Assembly (NCBI GenBank): GCA_040876345.1
Contig: JBBDPM010000006.1
Coordinates: forward strand, 136,803 to 180,430
DNA: 43,628 nucleotides
Reading direction: 5' to 3'
DNA from: Candidatus Woykebacteria bacterium
GTDB taxonomy: Bacteria > Patescibacteriota > Microgenomatia > Woykebacterales > RBG-16-39-9b
Shown here: one piece after another, positions 26,328-34,194 of the stretch
Position numbering within the stretch: the stretch's first letter is position 1
How the letters are laid out: the number at the start of each line of letters is the position of its first letter
The notes under the pieces: model-generated
Told to the model about the DNA's origin: nothing
What the model saw: only the letters and a program-made list of their open reading frames with translations
Databases searched by the model: none
Made by a program: the position numbers and the translations under genes

Positions 26328-26356
26328 TTGAAATTTAATCCAACTAATGTTATTAT
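26328..26356 (+). promoter_or_regulatory. promoter of islet gene P3
   Basis: TTGAAA (26328-26333), 17-nt spacer, TATTAT (26351-26356). The architecture matches the promoter at 32207-32235. Confidence 0.45.
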
Positions 26357-26412
26357 AGGCCGATTAACTGGGCCGGCCTGTATTCACGTAAGGGAATCGA
26401 AAGGAGCGCACC

Positions 26413-26745
26413 ATGCGAAAACTCAACTTGAGGCAACATCTGCAATTCGTCAAGGGAGTACCAGCGAGCATCGGTCGAACCAGACGGAGGCGTGTCCTCA
26501 GAAGCATTGATGGCTATCCCACTGCCATCGGCTACATGGATGCCTTCTGCCACCAGCACTGCGGGGCTCAACATCACGCGAACACACGCCAAGCGGTCCT
26601 TGCCTGTATCGCGAAGACACTCGGGATCAACGAGACGAAGGTCAAAGGGATTGAGAGCAGGGTCAACAGGACTCGGTTCGACTGGCGCCCTCTTACCCTG
26701 TGTCAGGAGTTGCTTCTGCTGCCCAACAAATCGACCGCGGACTGA
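26413..26745 (+). CDS. small GC-elevated protein with HTH-like segment (islet gene P3)
   Basis: The ATG lies 7 nt after AAGGAG. By my hand count third-codon positions are about 70% G/C in this frame, higher than first positions. The HTH-like segment is RQAVLACIAKTLGINETKVKGIESRV. The strand call is uncertain because a longer antisense ORF exists. Confidence 0.45.
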   Translation: MRKLNLRQHLQFVKGVPASIGRTRRRRVLRSIDGYPTAIGYMDAFCHQHCGAQHHANTRQAVLACIAKTLGINETKVKGIESRVNRTRFDWRPLTLCQELLLLPNKSTAD

Positions 26746-26824
26746 CTTCAGCGAAGAACCGGCCCAGGCACAAGTGAGAAGAGATCGCTGGGTCGAGGAT
26801 TTGCCCACCTCGACCCCTCGGTCC

Positions 26825-27895
26825 TCACACATTGAACTTGAATAGAGCTCCATCACCATCCTGAAAAACGTAATCTTTTCCTTCCATCCTCACGAGACCC
26901 TTTTCTCTGGCCTTTTGCCAACCACCCGCTTCAACTAGTTTTTCCCAATTTATAACTTCGGCTTTGATAAAGCCCCGTTCAAAATCAGTATGAATTGTGC
27001 CCGCTGCTTGGGGCGCTTTTGTCCTGTCAGGTATAGTCCAACCGCGGACTTCTTTTTCACCAGCCGTGAAAAAGGTAATTAAACCCAAAAGTTCGTAGGA
27101 CGCCTGAATTAGTTTTTCCAACCCGCTTTTTTTCTCCCCAAGATCCTTCAAATACTCTTTTTGCTCTTCTTCCGAAAGTGCCGAAAGCTCGGCTTCAATC
27201 TTAGCGCAGAGATAGACACTTGGGGAAGATTCTTCCGGAAATTTGGCTAATTTCTCTGAATCCTTTAAATCTTCCTCAGCAACATTAAAAACGTAAATAA
27301 CTGGCTTATTCGTAATCAGCGGCAGTTTTTTGGCAAATTCAGCAAACTTCTCGCTTACCGCCACATCTTTAGAAAAAGTTTCTTCCTCGAGCCCATCCTT
27401 GATTTTTTCCAAGACCAAAACTTCCTCTTTTGCCTCCTTAGAAATTTTTGCTTCTCTTTCTTTACCATCAATAAGTTTATTTACAGTTTCCAAATCGGCA
27501 AGCATTAATTCAATATTAATAGTCTCGACGTCACTCTTGGGATCAAGCCCTGATCGCACAACATCAGGGTCTTCAAAAGCTCGCACAACATGAGCAATAG
27601 CGTCTACCTCACGGATATGAGAAAGAAAACGGTTTCCAAGCCCTTCCCCCTTGTGGGCATCTTTGACTAGACCAGCGATGTCAACAAACTCGACCGTGGC
27701 CGCAATGATTTTTTCGGTACTCACCACTTTGGCAAGTTTTTCTAAACGAAAGTCTGGCACCTCAACCACACCAACATTTGGATCAATTGTGGTAAATGGA
27801 TAATTTGCGCTCTGGGCTACCTGCTTTTTTAGCAGGGCGTTAAAAAGCGTAGATTTACCAACGTTAGGCAAACCAACAATTCCGATTTTGAGCAC
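26825..27895 (-). CDS. ychF: redox-regulated ATPase/GTP-binding protein YchF
   Basis: GIVGLPNVGKSTLFNAL, a coiled-coil insert and a C-terminal TGS-like domain (FFTAGEKEVRGWTI..GTIHTDFERGFI). Confidence 0.92.
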   Translation of the reverse strand: MLKIGIVGLPNVGKSTLFNALLKKQVAQSANYPFTTIDPNVGVVEVPDFRLEKLAKVVSTEKIIAATVEFVDIAGLVKDAHKGEGLGNRFLSHIREVDAIAHVVRAFEDPDVVRSGLDPKSDVETINIELMLADLETVNKLIDGKEREAKISKEAKEEVLVLEKIKDGLEEETFSKDVAVSEKFAEFAKKLPLITNKPVIYVFNVAEEDLKDSEKLAKFPEESSPSVYLCAKIEAELSALSEEEQKEYLKDLGEKKSGLEKLIQASYELLGLITFFTAGEKEVRGWTIPDRTKAPQAAGTIHTDFERGFIKAEVINWEKLVEAGGWQKAREKGLVRMEGKDYVFQDGDGALFKFNV

Positions 27896-27966
27896 TTAAA
27901 CCTACCTTTCTATAGTAAAATTTGATAATTGACTTGTATTATACTTGTTTGTTAGATTGTAGGTCT

Positions 27967-28233
27967 ATGGAAGAAAAAGACTTGGAAGCGATCGGAAATA
28001 TAATTGATAAAAAAATCAGTGAGAATCTGGTCCCAATAAATAGTAAATTGGAAAAGATTGAAGAAGATTTGGGTATCAATAACGCAAGTGTCATGAAAAT
28101 AGAAAAGAATATAGATGCAGCACTCGAATTTCGGCAAGATGTTCACGAAGTTAGGCAACAGGTCAAGGACCACGAGGAGAGGATTACCGATTTAGAAAGA
28201 TTTCCCTCAAAAATTTGGCAACTGAACGACTAA
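27967..28233 (+). CDS. small coiled-coil protein, paralogue of 33302-33520
   Basis: I chose the ATG at 27967 (MEEKDLEAI). The C-half SVMKIEKNIDAALEFRQDVHEVRQQVKDHEERITDLERF aligns with STMKIEEKIDKALELRIDVSDLRKQVKDRDERISQLEKF. Confidence 0.6.
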   Translation: MEEKDLEAIGNIIDKKISENLVPINSKLEKIEEDLGINNASVMKIEKNIDAALEFRQDVHEVRQQVKDHEERITDLERFPSKIWQLND

Positions 28234-28251
28234 ATTGGGATAATTTCAGTA

Positions 28252-28961
28252 ATGCCTGAACAAGTAAATCCCGCTACTCAAATTAATACTGTAAGTACAA
28301 CTCCTCAAACAAAGAAACCGCTCAACTAGTAGTTAATTGGAATCATTACTGCTGTCGCTGCGATTTTAATTGGCGGTGCAGGATACGCCGCCGTAGTCCT
28401 CAATGTGTTCGATAAGAAAGAAACATCTGTTGAAACTCCTAAAGTAGCAACGTCATCTACAAAAAACAAGAAAGAAGAACCCCAAGAATGATGAAACAGC
28501 AGGATGGAAACTGTACACGAATACGGCGGCTGGTTTCACCTTTAAGTGCCCACCAGAATGGGGAGAGGTTAAAGAAAGTTTGATTGAACCGAGCGATGTC
28601 GCTACAGGTTACAGTTTAACTCTAACTTTCTCTAACGCTAAGGACATTATTAAAGCGGGCGGTGCTGCTGATGGATTCCATTATCCTAGCGGTGGAACTT
28701 TTCAGTACTTAAATGCACAGGATTATTTGGACGAGATTGTTAAATCTGATTCCAAAGGATACGGTGAAAGAGCTTTATCCTTCCGCCGCAAAGTTTTGTA
28801 CAACAAGCAGTGATCTAGAAACATCTGTAGCGGAACAATTTGAGAAAGATATGCTTGATTTAGGAAAGAAGGTTGAATCAGGTGAAATTAAGTTGGACTC
28901 CGAAAGCTCAGCTAATTTGAAGAAAGTTGACCTAATAATCTCTACATTCAAATCTCTATGA
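28252..28961 (+). pseudogene. decayed gene for a membrane-anchored secreted protein
   Basis: The ATG ORF is interrupted by in-frame TAG TAG (28327-28332), yet the same frame continues into a TM helix (IGIITAVAAILIGGAGYAAVVL). The rest is split over two further frames (28580-28813 and 28713-28961), including a typical ectodomain start GWKLYTNTAAGFTFKCPPEW. Confidence 0.45.
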
Positions 28962-29238
28962 GCTAATTACGAAGGTATTGGTGGAATTGAATGTTTGATT
29001 CTACCAAGAGAATCCCTCTCAGAAATAATCCTCGATTTCCTAGGTAGTGGTATACGAAGTCTGAATTCAAAGGGTATTCTGACAGCCTTTCGACTTCGCT
29101 CAGGATTTATGACCTCAGCTTGTATGCTACTGTCCCATCTCTGCCAACCTTTAGAATGAGTGGGATTATACAGGAAATGGGCTATTTTACAATTAATCAA
29201 AGGAGTTAAATTTTTGTTTTAGGAGGTATGAGTCAATT

Positions 29239-30057
29239 TTAAATGCATTCTGTTATACCGTTGGGTACCAAACGAACAACTCCTTCACTAGAGTCCCAAC
29301 TCGCATACTGGATCGGTGAATTCGTAGTTGCTTCATAGACACAAATTTTGTTTGTACCAACTTTAATTGTTACTTCCGATGGCACAACTGATATATATTT
29401 ACTTTCCACTAAATCGTTTTGTTCTGCGCAACCACCTTTTCCAGTAGTCGCATTTATCACCTCTTTAGAGTAAATTACCTCCAAGGCGGTACCTTTAGAA
29501 GTTTGCTCGCTTATGCAAACATTAATTGCAGTACCAACCTCTCGCACTTCGCTGTTAACCATGTTGGCCTCAGATTCCCTTAATCTTTCAACTGGATTAA
29601 TTGCAACTAAAGTAGTCACAAGCAAAATAATTATTATTGGAGCAACCGTCAAGAACAGACCAATTACCACAAACCCAGCAATGGACCAATTTCTTTGGGT
29701 CCTGTTAAAATGCTCAGCACTATCCCATTTTTTGTTCTGCCAAGCCCATTTTCTCCCATTAATACCCAAAACAATCGCTATTATTAAACCCAAAAAAGGA
29801 ATTGGTAAAAAAACGAGAAGTGAGATCCAAACCCCATGAAAAATACCCCAAATCCACGTAAGCAAGAACGGCCCCCATCCCCATCCATCTATCCCAGGCG
29901 GAACAGAACTCGTATCACCGATCCCCGAGCTGCTTTGTTGATTTGAGTATGCTTGGGGTATCATTACGGGTGCGTTAGGAGTAGGTTGACTTGGCGACTG
30001 GATCTTCTGATTGGCTGTTTGGGAATCAAGAATCTGTTTATTTAGTTCTTCAGTCAT
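29239..30057 (-). CDS. membrane protein: Q/P-rich N-terminus, DUF2628-like TM core, pilin-like Cys-containing C-terminal domain
   Basis: I chose the ATG at 30057 (MTEELNKQ). The TM core is GWGWGPFLLTWIWGIFHGVWISLLVF..GINGRKWAWQNKKW. After the last TM helix, AINPVERLRESEANMVNSEVREVGTAINVC resembles the start of a type IV pilin globular domain, and four Cys follow. Confidence 0.55.
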   Translation of the reverse strand: MTEELNKQILDSQTANQKIQSPSQPTPNAPVMIPQAYSNQQSSSGIGDTSSVPPGIDGWGWGPFLLTWIWGIFHGVWISLLVFLPIPFLGLIIAIVLGINGRKWAWQNKKWDSAEHFNRTQRNWSIAGFVVIGLFLTVAPIIIILLVTTLVAINPVERLRESEANMVNSEVREVGTAINVCISEQTSKGTALEVIYSKEVINATTGKGGCAEQNDLVESKYISVVPSEVTIKVGTNKICVYEATTNSPIQYASWDSSEGVVRLVPNGITECI

Positions 30058-30193
30058 TAATGAGATTATGAACAAAGTGAAAAAGTGTGTCAATTGTCAA
30101 AAATATTAGTATACCGGTTAGTAACTTTTCCACAAGATCGCCAGACCGCTAGCGCGGGTTTTCATAATATTTGCAGATCAAATATACCCAGTT

Positions 30194-30619
30194 TTACGGG
30201 AGCATTGCAATCGCCCCGCTCATTGCTAATAATGCCACAAGCTGATATCCAGTGTTAATCCCAAAAAGCTGCCACTTTTTTTCTCCGAAAATCTGGTCAG
30301 TCAGCTGTACGGGCATGATAAATCCAAGCCACATCCAAAAGGCGGTAGTCAGCCCAACTTGAAGCCTTTCGTAACCATAAAACGCTTCAGATAATGTCAT
30401 TACGTGCGATAGTACATACGCAGTTACCAGTGCCAAGATAAAACTAAGACCATAGAGCTTCCCCATCTCTTTCTGAGCAGCTTTCAGGCTATCATCGGTG
30501 TAACCTTTCAGCTTCATCCAAGGTTTCCCTAAGACCATTGGACTGTACCAAGCAAAACCAATCGCCATGGAAACGACAGCTGCGACTAAAACAGCAACGT
30601 AGTTAACTTCTACATTCAT
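30194..30619 (-). CDS. DUF1761-like integral membrane protein
   Basis: NYVAVLVAAVVSMAIGFAWYSPMVLGKPWMKLKG pattern with four TM helices. ATG at 30619 follows GGGGAGGTGA. Confidence 0.65.
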   Translation of the reverse strand: MNVEVNYVAVLVAAVVSMAIGFAWYSPMVLGKPWMKLKGYTDDSLKAAQKEMGKLYGLSFILALVTAYVLSHVMTLSEAFYGYERLQVGLTTAFWMWLGFIMPVQLTDQIFGEKKWQLFGINTGYQLVALLAMSGAIAMLP

Positions 30620-30673
30620 TATATTCACCTCCCCTCATATAGATAGTATGATTATACCTCTTTCCAATAATAT

Positions 30674-30702
30674 TTGCTTTATTTCCCCACCTATGTTATA
30701 AT
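30674..30702 (+). promoter_or_regulatory. promoter with long leader upstream of the DEAD-box helicase
   Basis: TTGCTT (30674-30679), 17-nt spacer, TATAAT (30697-30702, preceded by TGt). This implies a ~150-nt 5' UTR before the ATG at 30858. Confidence 0.5.
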
Positions 30703-30857
30703 ACCCCATAGTTGAATTAGAACCCGAGCTATTGCATTGCTCTCCTTCAAGTTCCTACATTTAGTAGTTAGAAGGTTATCTTTGAAATTAGCTCCTAAGA
30801 TTTCAGGATAATTTTTTGACTGCCCAACCTTCTTAGCTTTCTCTTTCAATAAACATT

Positions 30858-32105
30858 ATGAATAGACATCGAAGCAGCGCGAGCTTTGGAAGCCGCGGCT
30901 CTCTTAACCATAGAAAGTTTAAAAAGTCCGGCAACGGTGGGCATTATAGTTATCCCAAAAGTTTCTCAAACGTGAGAAGGTTTTCTAATGGACCAAAAAG
31001 TGAACTTGGAGATGATATAAGTATCTTTATTAAAAAAGCAATCGAGGTTTCAGAGCAGGACACTTACACTCCGCACAACAGCTTCACCGACTTTGATATT
31101 GCACCCGCCTTGAAGCAAAATATCGCCAATAAAGACTACATCCACCCTACTCCAGTGCAAGATAAAGCAATCCAGCCCATTCTTGATGGTCGAGATCTAA
31201 TCGGAATCGCAAATACAGGTACGGGAAAAACCGCCGCCTTTTTGATTCCCATTATAGATAAAATTAATCGAGACCGATCTTACAGAGCTTTTATAGTCAC
31301 CCCCACTCGCGAACTAGCCGGGCAAATAAATGAGGAGCTTCACCTATTATCCCGCGGGATGGGTATGTACTCTTCACTTGTTATTGGTGGAGCCAATATT
31401 CATCGGCAAATAGAAGATATTCGCCGCCGCCCCAACGTGGTTATTGGCACACCAGGAAGGTTGAAGGATTTAATTGATCGCAAAGTTCTTCGACTAGACG
31501 ATTTTCGAATCTTTATACTAGACGAGGTGGACATGATGGTGGATATTGGATTTATCCAAACGATTAAATTCTTTATTTCCCTATTACCGCGCACTCGTCA
31601 ATCCTTGTTTTTCTCGGCCACAATACCACCAAAAGTGAGAGAAATTCTGGAAGCTTTTGTAAAAGACCCCGTTACAGTCTCTGTCAAACAGCAAGAGACC
31701 GCTGAAAACATAGATCAGGACGTGGTTAAAGTAAATGGCGGCAACAAAGTGGATAAATTGCACGATCTTTTGAACCAAGAAGAGTTTGAAAAAGTGCTTA
31801 TCTTTGGACGTACCAAACACGGTATTGATAAGTTAGACCGTCTACTCACCACCAGAGGCTTTAAGGTAGGCACTATTCACGGTAATAGAACGCAAGGCCA
31901 AAGACAGAGAATACTTAAGAATTTCAAGCAAGACCAAATTAAAATTCTTTTGGCGACAGATGTTGCCTCCAGAGGACTTGATATTGATAACGTTTCCCAC
32001 GTGATCAACTACGATCTACCAGAGACTTATGATGACTATGTTCACCGAATTGGCAGAACTGGACGTGCCAACAAGAAAGGCACTGCATTAACCTTCGTTG
32101 AGTAA
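30858..32105 (+). CDS. DEAD-box ATP-dependent RNA helicase (motif II reads DEVD) with basic N-terminal extension
   Basis: Q-motif F..F...PTPVQ, motif I ANTGTGKTAAF, motif II LDEVDMM, then SAT and HRIGRTGR. Confidence 0.9.
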   Translation: MNRHRSSASFGSRGSLNHRKFKKSGNGGHYSYPKSFSNVRRFSNGPKSELGDDISIFIKKAIEVSEQDTYTPHNSFTDFDIAPALKQNIANKDYIHPTPVQDKAIQPILDGRDLIGIANTGTGKTAAFLIPIIDKINRDRSYRAFIVTPTRELAGQINEELHLLSRGMGMYSSLVIGGANIHRQIEDIRRRPNVVIGTPGRLKDLIDRKVLRLDDFRIFILDEVDMMVDIGFIQTIKFFISLLPRTRQSLFFSATIPPKVREILEAFVKDPVTVSVKQQETAENIDQDVVKVNGGNKVDKLHDLLNQEEFEKVLIFGRTKHGIDKLDRLLTTRGFKVGTIHGNRTQGQRQRILKNFKQDQIKILLATDVASRGLDIDNVSHVINYDLPETYDDYVHRIGRTGRANKKGTALTFVE

Positions 32106-32206
32106 ATCGATAAACTTTATTCCGAAAATCCTTCGTAATTCTGCTTTCACCTTTTCGATATCTAGTGCAAAACTACCCAAGCTAAACTCATTTAATAAGC
32201 TATAGG

Positions 32207-32235
32207 TTGAACACCCAACCTGCATCTGCTATTAT
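32207..32235 (+). promoter_or_regulatory. promoter of islet gene P4
   Basis: TTGAAC (32207-32212), 17-nt spacer, TATTAT (32230-32235). Confidence 0.5.
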
Positions 32236-32271
32236 CCAATCGAGAAATTCCGCCGTGAAGGAAGGAGGGCC

Positions 32272-32730
32272 ATGGAGGAAACGGCTAAGACGTGTCGCAA
32301 CCCAAGGTGTGGTAAGCAAAGCCCTGCCGAAGCGCAACACTGCACTCATTGCGGGCTCTTGCTTAGCGGTAAGGTAACACGGCTCTGGGATAGTGATATC
32401 CTTGCGATCGTGGATGGCGCCGATTTTACCCCGCTTATCGAAGCTATATGGGAACCGGAGTGGCTCCAGCCGGATAGGCCCCGCTCGGTTTCCGCAGACC
32501 TAATCCGTTGGGCTTTTTCGGCTTTCCTAACCGAAAGGCAACAACAGGTGATGATCAGAAGGTTCGGTCTGGACGGGCAGGGTCGAAGGAGTGTCCGGCA
32601 GATCAAGGACGAGGCTAAGGTTAGCTCCACCTCAGTGCGCACATACATAACCTCATCGCTTATGAAACTGCGCTACCTTCGCACCCGTCTCGTCCTTTCA
32701 GGGAAGGAACCAAAACCCAAAAAATCGTGA
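32272..32730 (+). CDS. zinc-ribbon plus sigma-70 region-4-like HTH protein (islet gene P4)
   Basis: The ATG lies 4-5 nt after GGAAGGAGGG. The Zn ribbon is CRNPRCG...CTHCG. The segment LTERQQQVMIRRFGLDGQGRRSVRQIKDEAKVSSTSVRTYITSSLMKLR matches the sigma-70 region 4.2 pattern (RFGLDDG..T..EIG..FGVTRERIRQIE..AL.KLR). The ORF is GC-elevated. Confidence 0.65.
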   Translation: MEETAKTCRNPRCGKQSPAEAQHCTHCGLLLSGKVTRLWDSDILAIVDGADFTPLIEAIWEPEWLQPDRPRSVSADLIRWAFSAFLTERQQQVMIRRFGLDGQGRRSVRQIKDEAKVSSTSVRTYITSSLMKLRYLRTRLVLSGKEPKPKKS

Positions 32731-32752
32731 GCGGAATTTTTCGGCAAGCCAA

Positions 32753-32785
32753 GGGCCTCGAAGCCATCGAGGTCCTTTCGCTTTT
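32753..32785 (+). terminator. intrinsic terminator of P4
   Basis: A 9-bp stem (32753-32761 / 32767-32775, core CCTCGA/TCGAGG) with a 5-nt loop, followed by TTTCGCTTTT. Confidence 0.6.
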
Positions 32786-32820
32786 AGTTAAGTAGATTAC
32801 AATTGTGATAAAATTTAGCT

Positions 32821-33241
32821 ATGCAGAAAACTAAAACTTCACCAGACACTTACATTACCTCTCTCCCCGAACCGAAGCGAGATGATATAAAAAAGCTCGA
32901 CAGTCTGATTTCAAAAATAATGAGTGGCCACTCACGGGTAATGTGGGAAGGGGTTTTCTGGAGTGGTAGTGAGCAGAAAATCATTGGTTATGGCGATCTA
33001 ACTTACGTTAACTCAAAAAAGGAAAACATCGAGTGGTTTCTGATTGGTCTCACTTTGCAGAAAAACTATATAAGCGTCTATGTGAATGCGGTAGATAAAA
33101 AAACTCAACCTTGTGGACTATAAGGAAAAACTTGGCAAAGCAAAGGTGGGCCGAAGCAGCATTGGGTTTAACTCATTGCTAGATATAAATTTGGATGTGC
33201 TCGCAGAACTAGTCAAAAAAGCCAAAGGACTAGCGTCCTAA
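32821..33241 (+). pseudogene. DUF1801 (YdhG-like) gene with a frameshift in an A7 run
   Basis: Frame 1 stops at 33121-33123. Removing one A from A7 (33097-33103) restores ..DKKLNLVDYKEKLGKAKVGRSSIGFNSLLDINLDVLAELVKKA, which aligns with the intact paralogue at 38385-38837. Confidence 0.6.
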
Positions 33242-33301
33242 AGTAACCACGAACTAGAACGAGCAAAGTATGGTCTTTGGAACTCAAAAAGGAGACAAGT
33301 A

Positions 33302-33520
33302 ATGTTGGGCAAAAATGATCTGAAAGAAATAAAAGGTTTGTTAAGACCTCTAGAAAATGGGCAAAAGAAGTTAATAGAAAGACTTGATATCAACACAGTA
33401 AGTACTATGAAAATAGAAGAAAAGATAGATAAAGCCCTAGAACTGAGAATAGACGTCAGTGATTTAAGAAAACAAGTTAAAGATCGCGACGAACGCATTT
33501 CACAACTAGAAAAGTTTTAA
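33302..33520 (+). CDS. small coiled-coil protein, paralogue of 27967-28233
   Basis: The ATG lies 7 nt after AAAGGAG. Roughly 45% identity by eye to the 27967 ORF over the C-terminal 50 aa. Confidence 0.6.
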   Translation: MLGKNDLKEIKGLLRPLENGQKKLIERLDINTVSTMKIEEKIDKALELRIDVSDLRKQVKDRDERISQLEKF

Positions 33521-33563
33521 CTTTTTCCTCCCTCAAAAATCTGGTTCTGTTAGAATATAATTT

Positions 33564-33911
33564 ATGGTTACCTGGGTTTTGAGGATTGAAGGTTTGGCAG
33601 TACTACTTGCTTCTCTTTACTTTTACAATTATCTAAGTGGTGGTTGGTTAGTTTTCATTATCCTCATTTTAGCGCCAGATATCTCCATGATCGGTTATTT
33701 AAAAGATAAAATGCTAGGATCGATCACTTACAATCTAGCCCACAACTATATTCTTGCTTTGGTGATTATTTTCACTGGGATTTTCGCTGGTAACGAATTT
33801 TGGACTTCACTTGGGCTCATCCTTTCCGCCCACGTTGGCGCAGATAGATTTTTGGGTTTTGGGCTAAAGTATCCCACCAACTTCAAAGACACACATTTAC
33901 TAAAACTCTAA
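33564..33911 (+). CDS. DUF4260-like small integral membrane protein
   Basis: LRIEGLAVLLASLYFY..ILILAPDISMIGYL..YNLAHNY pattern. TAGAAT lies 7 nt upstream of the ATG. Confidence 0.6.
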   Translation: MVTWVLRIEGLAVLLASLYFYNYLSGGWLVFIILILAPDISMIGYLKDKMLGSITYNLAHNYILALVIIFTGIFAGNEFWTSLGLILSAHVGADRFLGFGLKYPTNFKDTHLLKL

Positions 33912-33914
33912 TTT

Positions 33915-33924
33915 CCCCCCCCCC
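33915..33924. repeat. C10 homopolymer in the intergenic region upstream of the TA promoter
   Basis: Ten consecutive C, read directly from the sequence in an AT-rich spacer. Confidence 0.9.
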
Positions 33925-33952
33925 TCAAAAAGCAAATTTTGGAAAATAAAAA

Positions 33953-33991
33953 TTGACAAATAATTATACATGTTATAACATTGTAATAACA
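33953..33991 (+). promoter_or_regulatory. TA promoter with tandem palindromic operator-like sites
   Basis: TTGACA (33953-33958) is followed by -10-like TATAAC/TAACAT (33974-33981). The perfect palindrome TGTTATAACA (33971-33980) is immediately followed by the near-repeat TGTAATAACA (33982-33991). Confidence 0.5.
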
Positions 33992-34194
33992 TGATTAGAA
34001 GAGTTATTAAAAGCGGCAATTCATTTGCTGTTACTATCCCCCAAAATATAGTTAAAGAAGGCAACATCCAAACGGGTGACTCTATCAATGTCACTTTTGA
34101 GCCGGTTTTTGCTGCCGACAAGGAAATTCACGATCTTACCCAAAAGTTAATTAAAGAATATCGTCCTGCCTTGGAAGAACTTGCTTCAAAGTGA
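33991..34194 (+). CDS. AbrB/SpoVT-fold antitoxin
   Basis: RRVIKSGNSFAVTIPQNIVKEGNIQTGDSINVTFEP is a SpoVT-AbrB domain pattern. The stop overlaps the toxin start (GTGA). Confidence 0.8.
   Translation: MIRRVIKSGNSFAVTIPQNIVKEGNIQTGDSINVTFEPVFAADKEIHDLTQKLIKEYRPALEELASK

Noticed and set aside
26353-26859. 168-aa minus-strand ORF in the GC-rich patch. It is the longest ORF there and has a faintly Nudix-like C-terminus.
   Set aside because: It would overlap the ychF 3' end, has no RBS, and its third-codon positions coincide with the first positions of the plus-strand ORF, which has the higher GC3 plus a good SD and promoter. I kept it as an explicit alternative in the finding because I cannot run coding statistics.
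28327-28961. Possible stop-codon reassignment: in-frame TAG TAG, and a TGA at 28959 followed by 65 more sense codons.
   Set aside because: TGA and TAG terminate many well-defined genes here at sensible lengths and in overlapping stop/start junctions (ATGA, GTGA, TAATG). Examples are hisS, the Doc toxin and the 185-aa gene. The standard code 11 fits, so decay is the simpler explanation.
28967-29200. 77-aa minus-strand ORF in the spacer after the decayed gene.
   Set aside because: It has no RBS or promoter, an Arg/Lys/Pro-rich improbable composition, and it overlaps the nested stem-loop. I treated it as non-coding.
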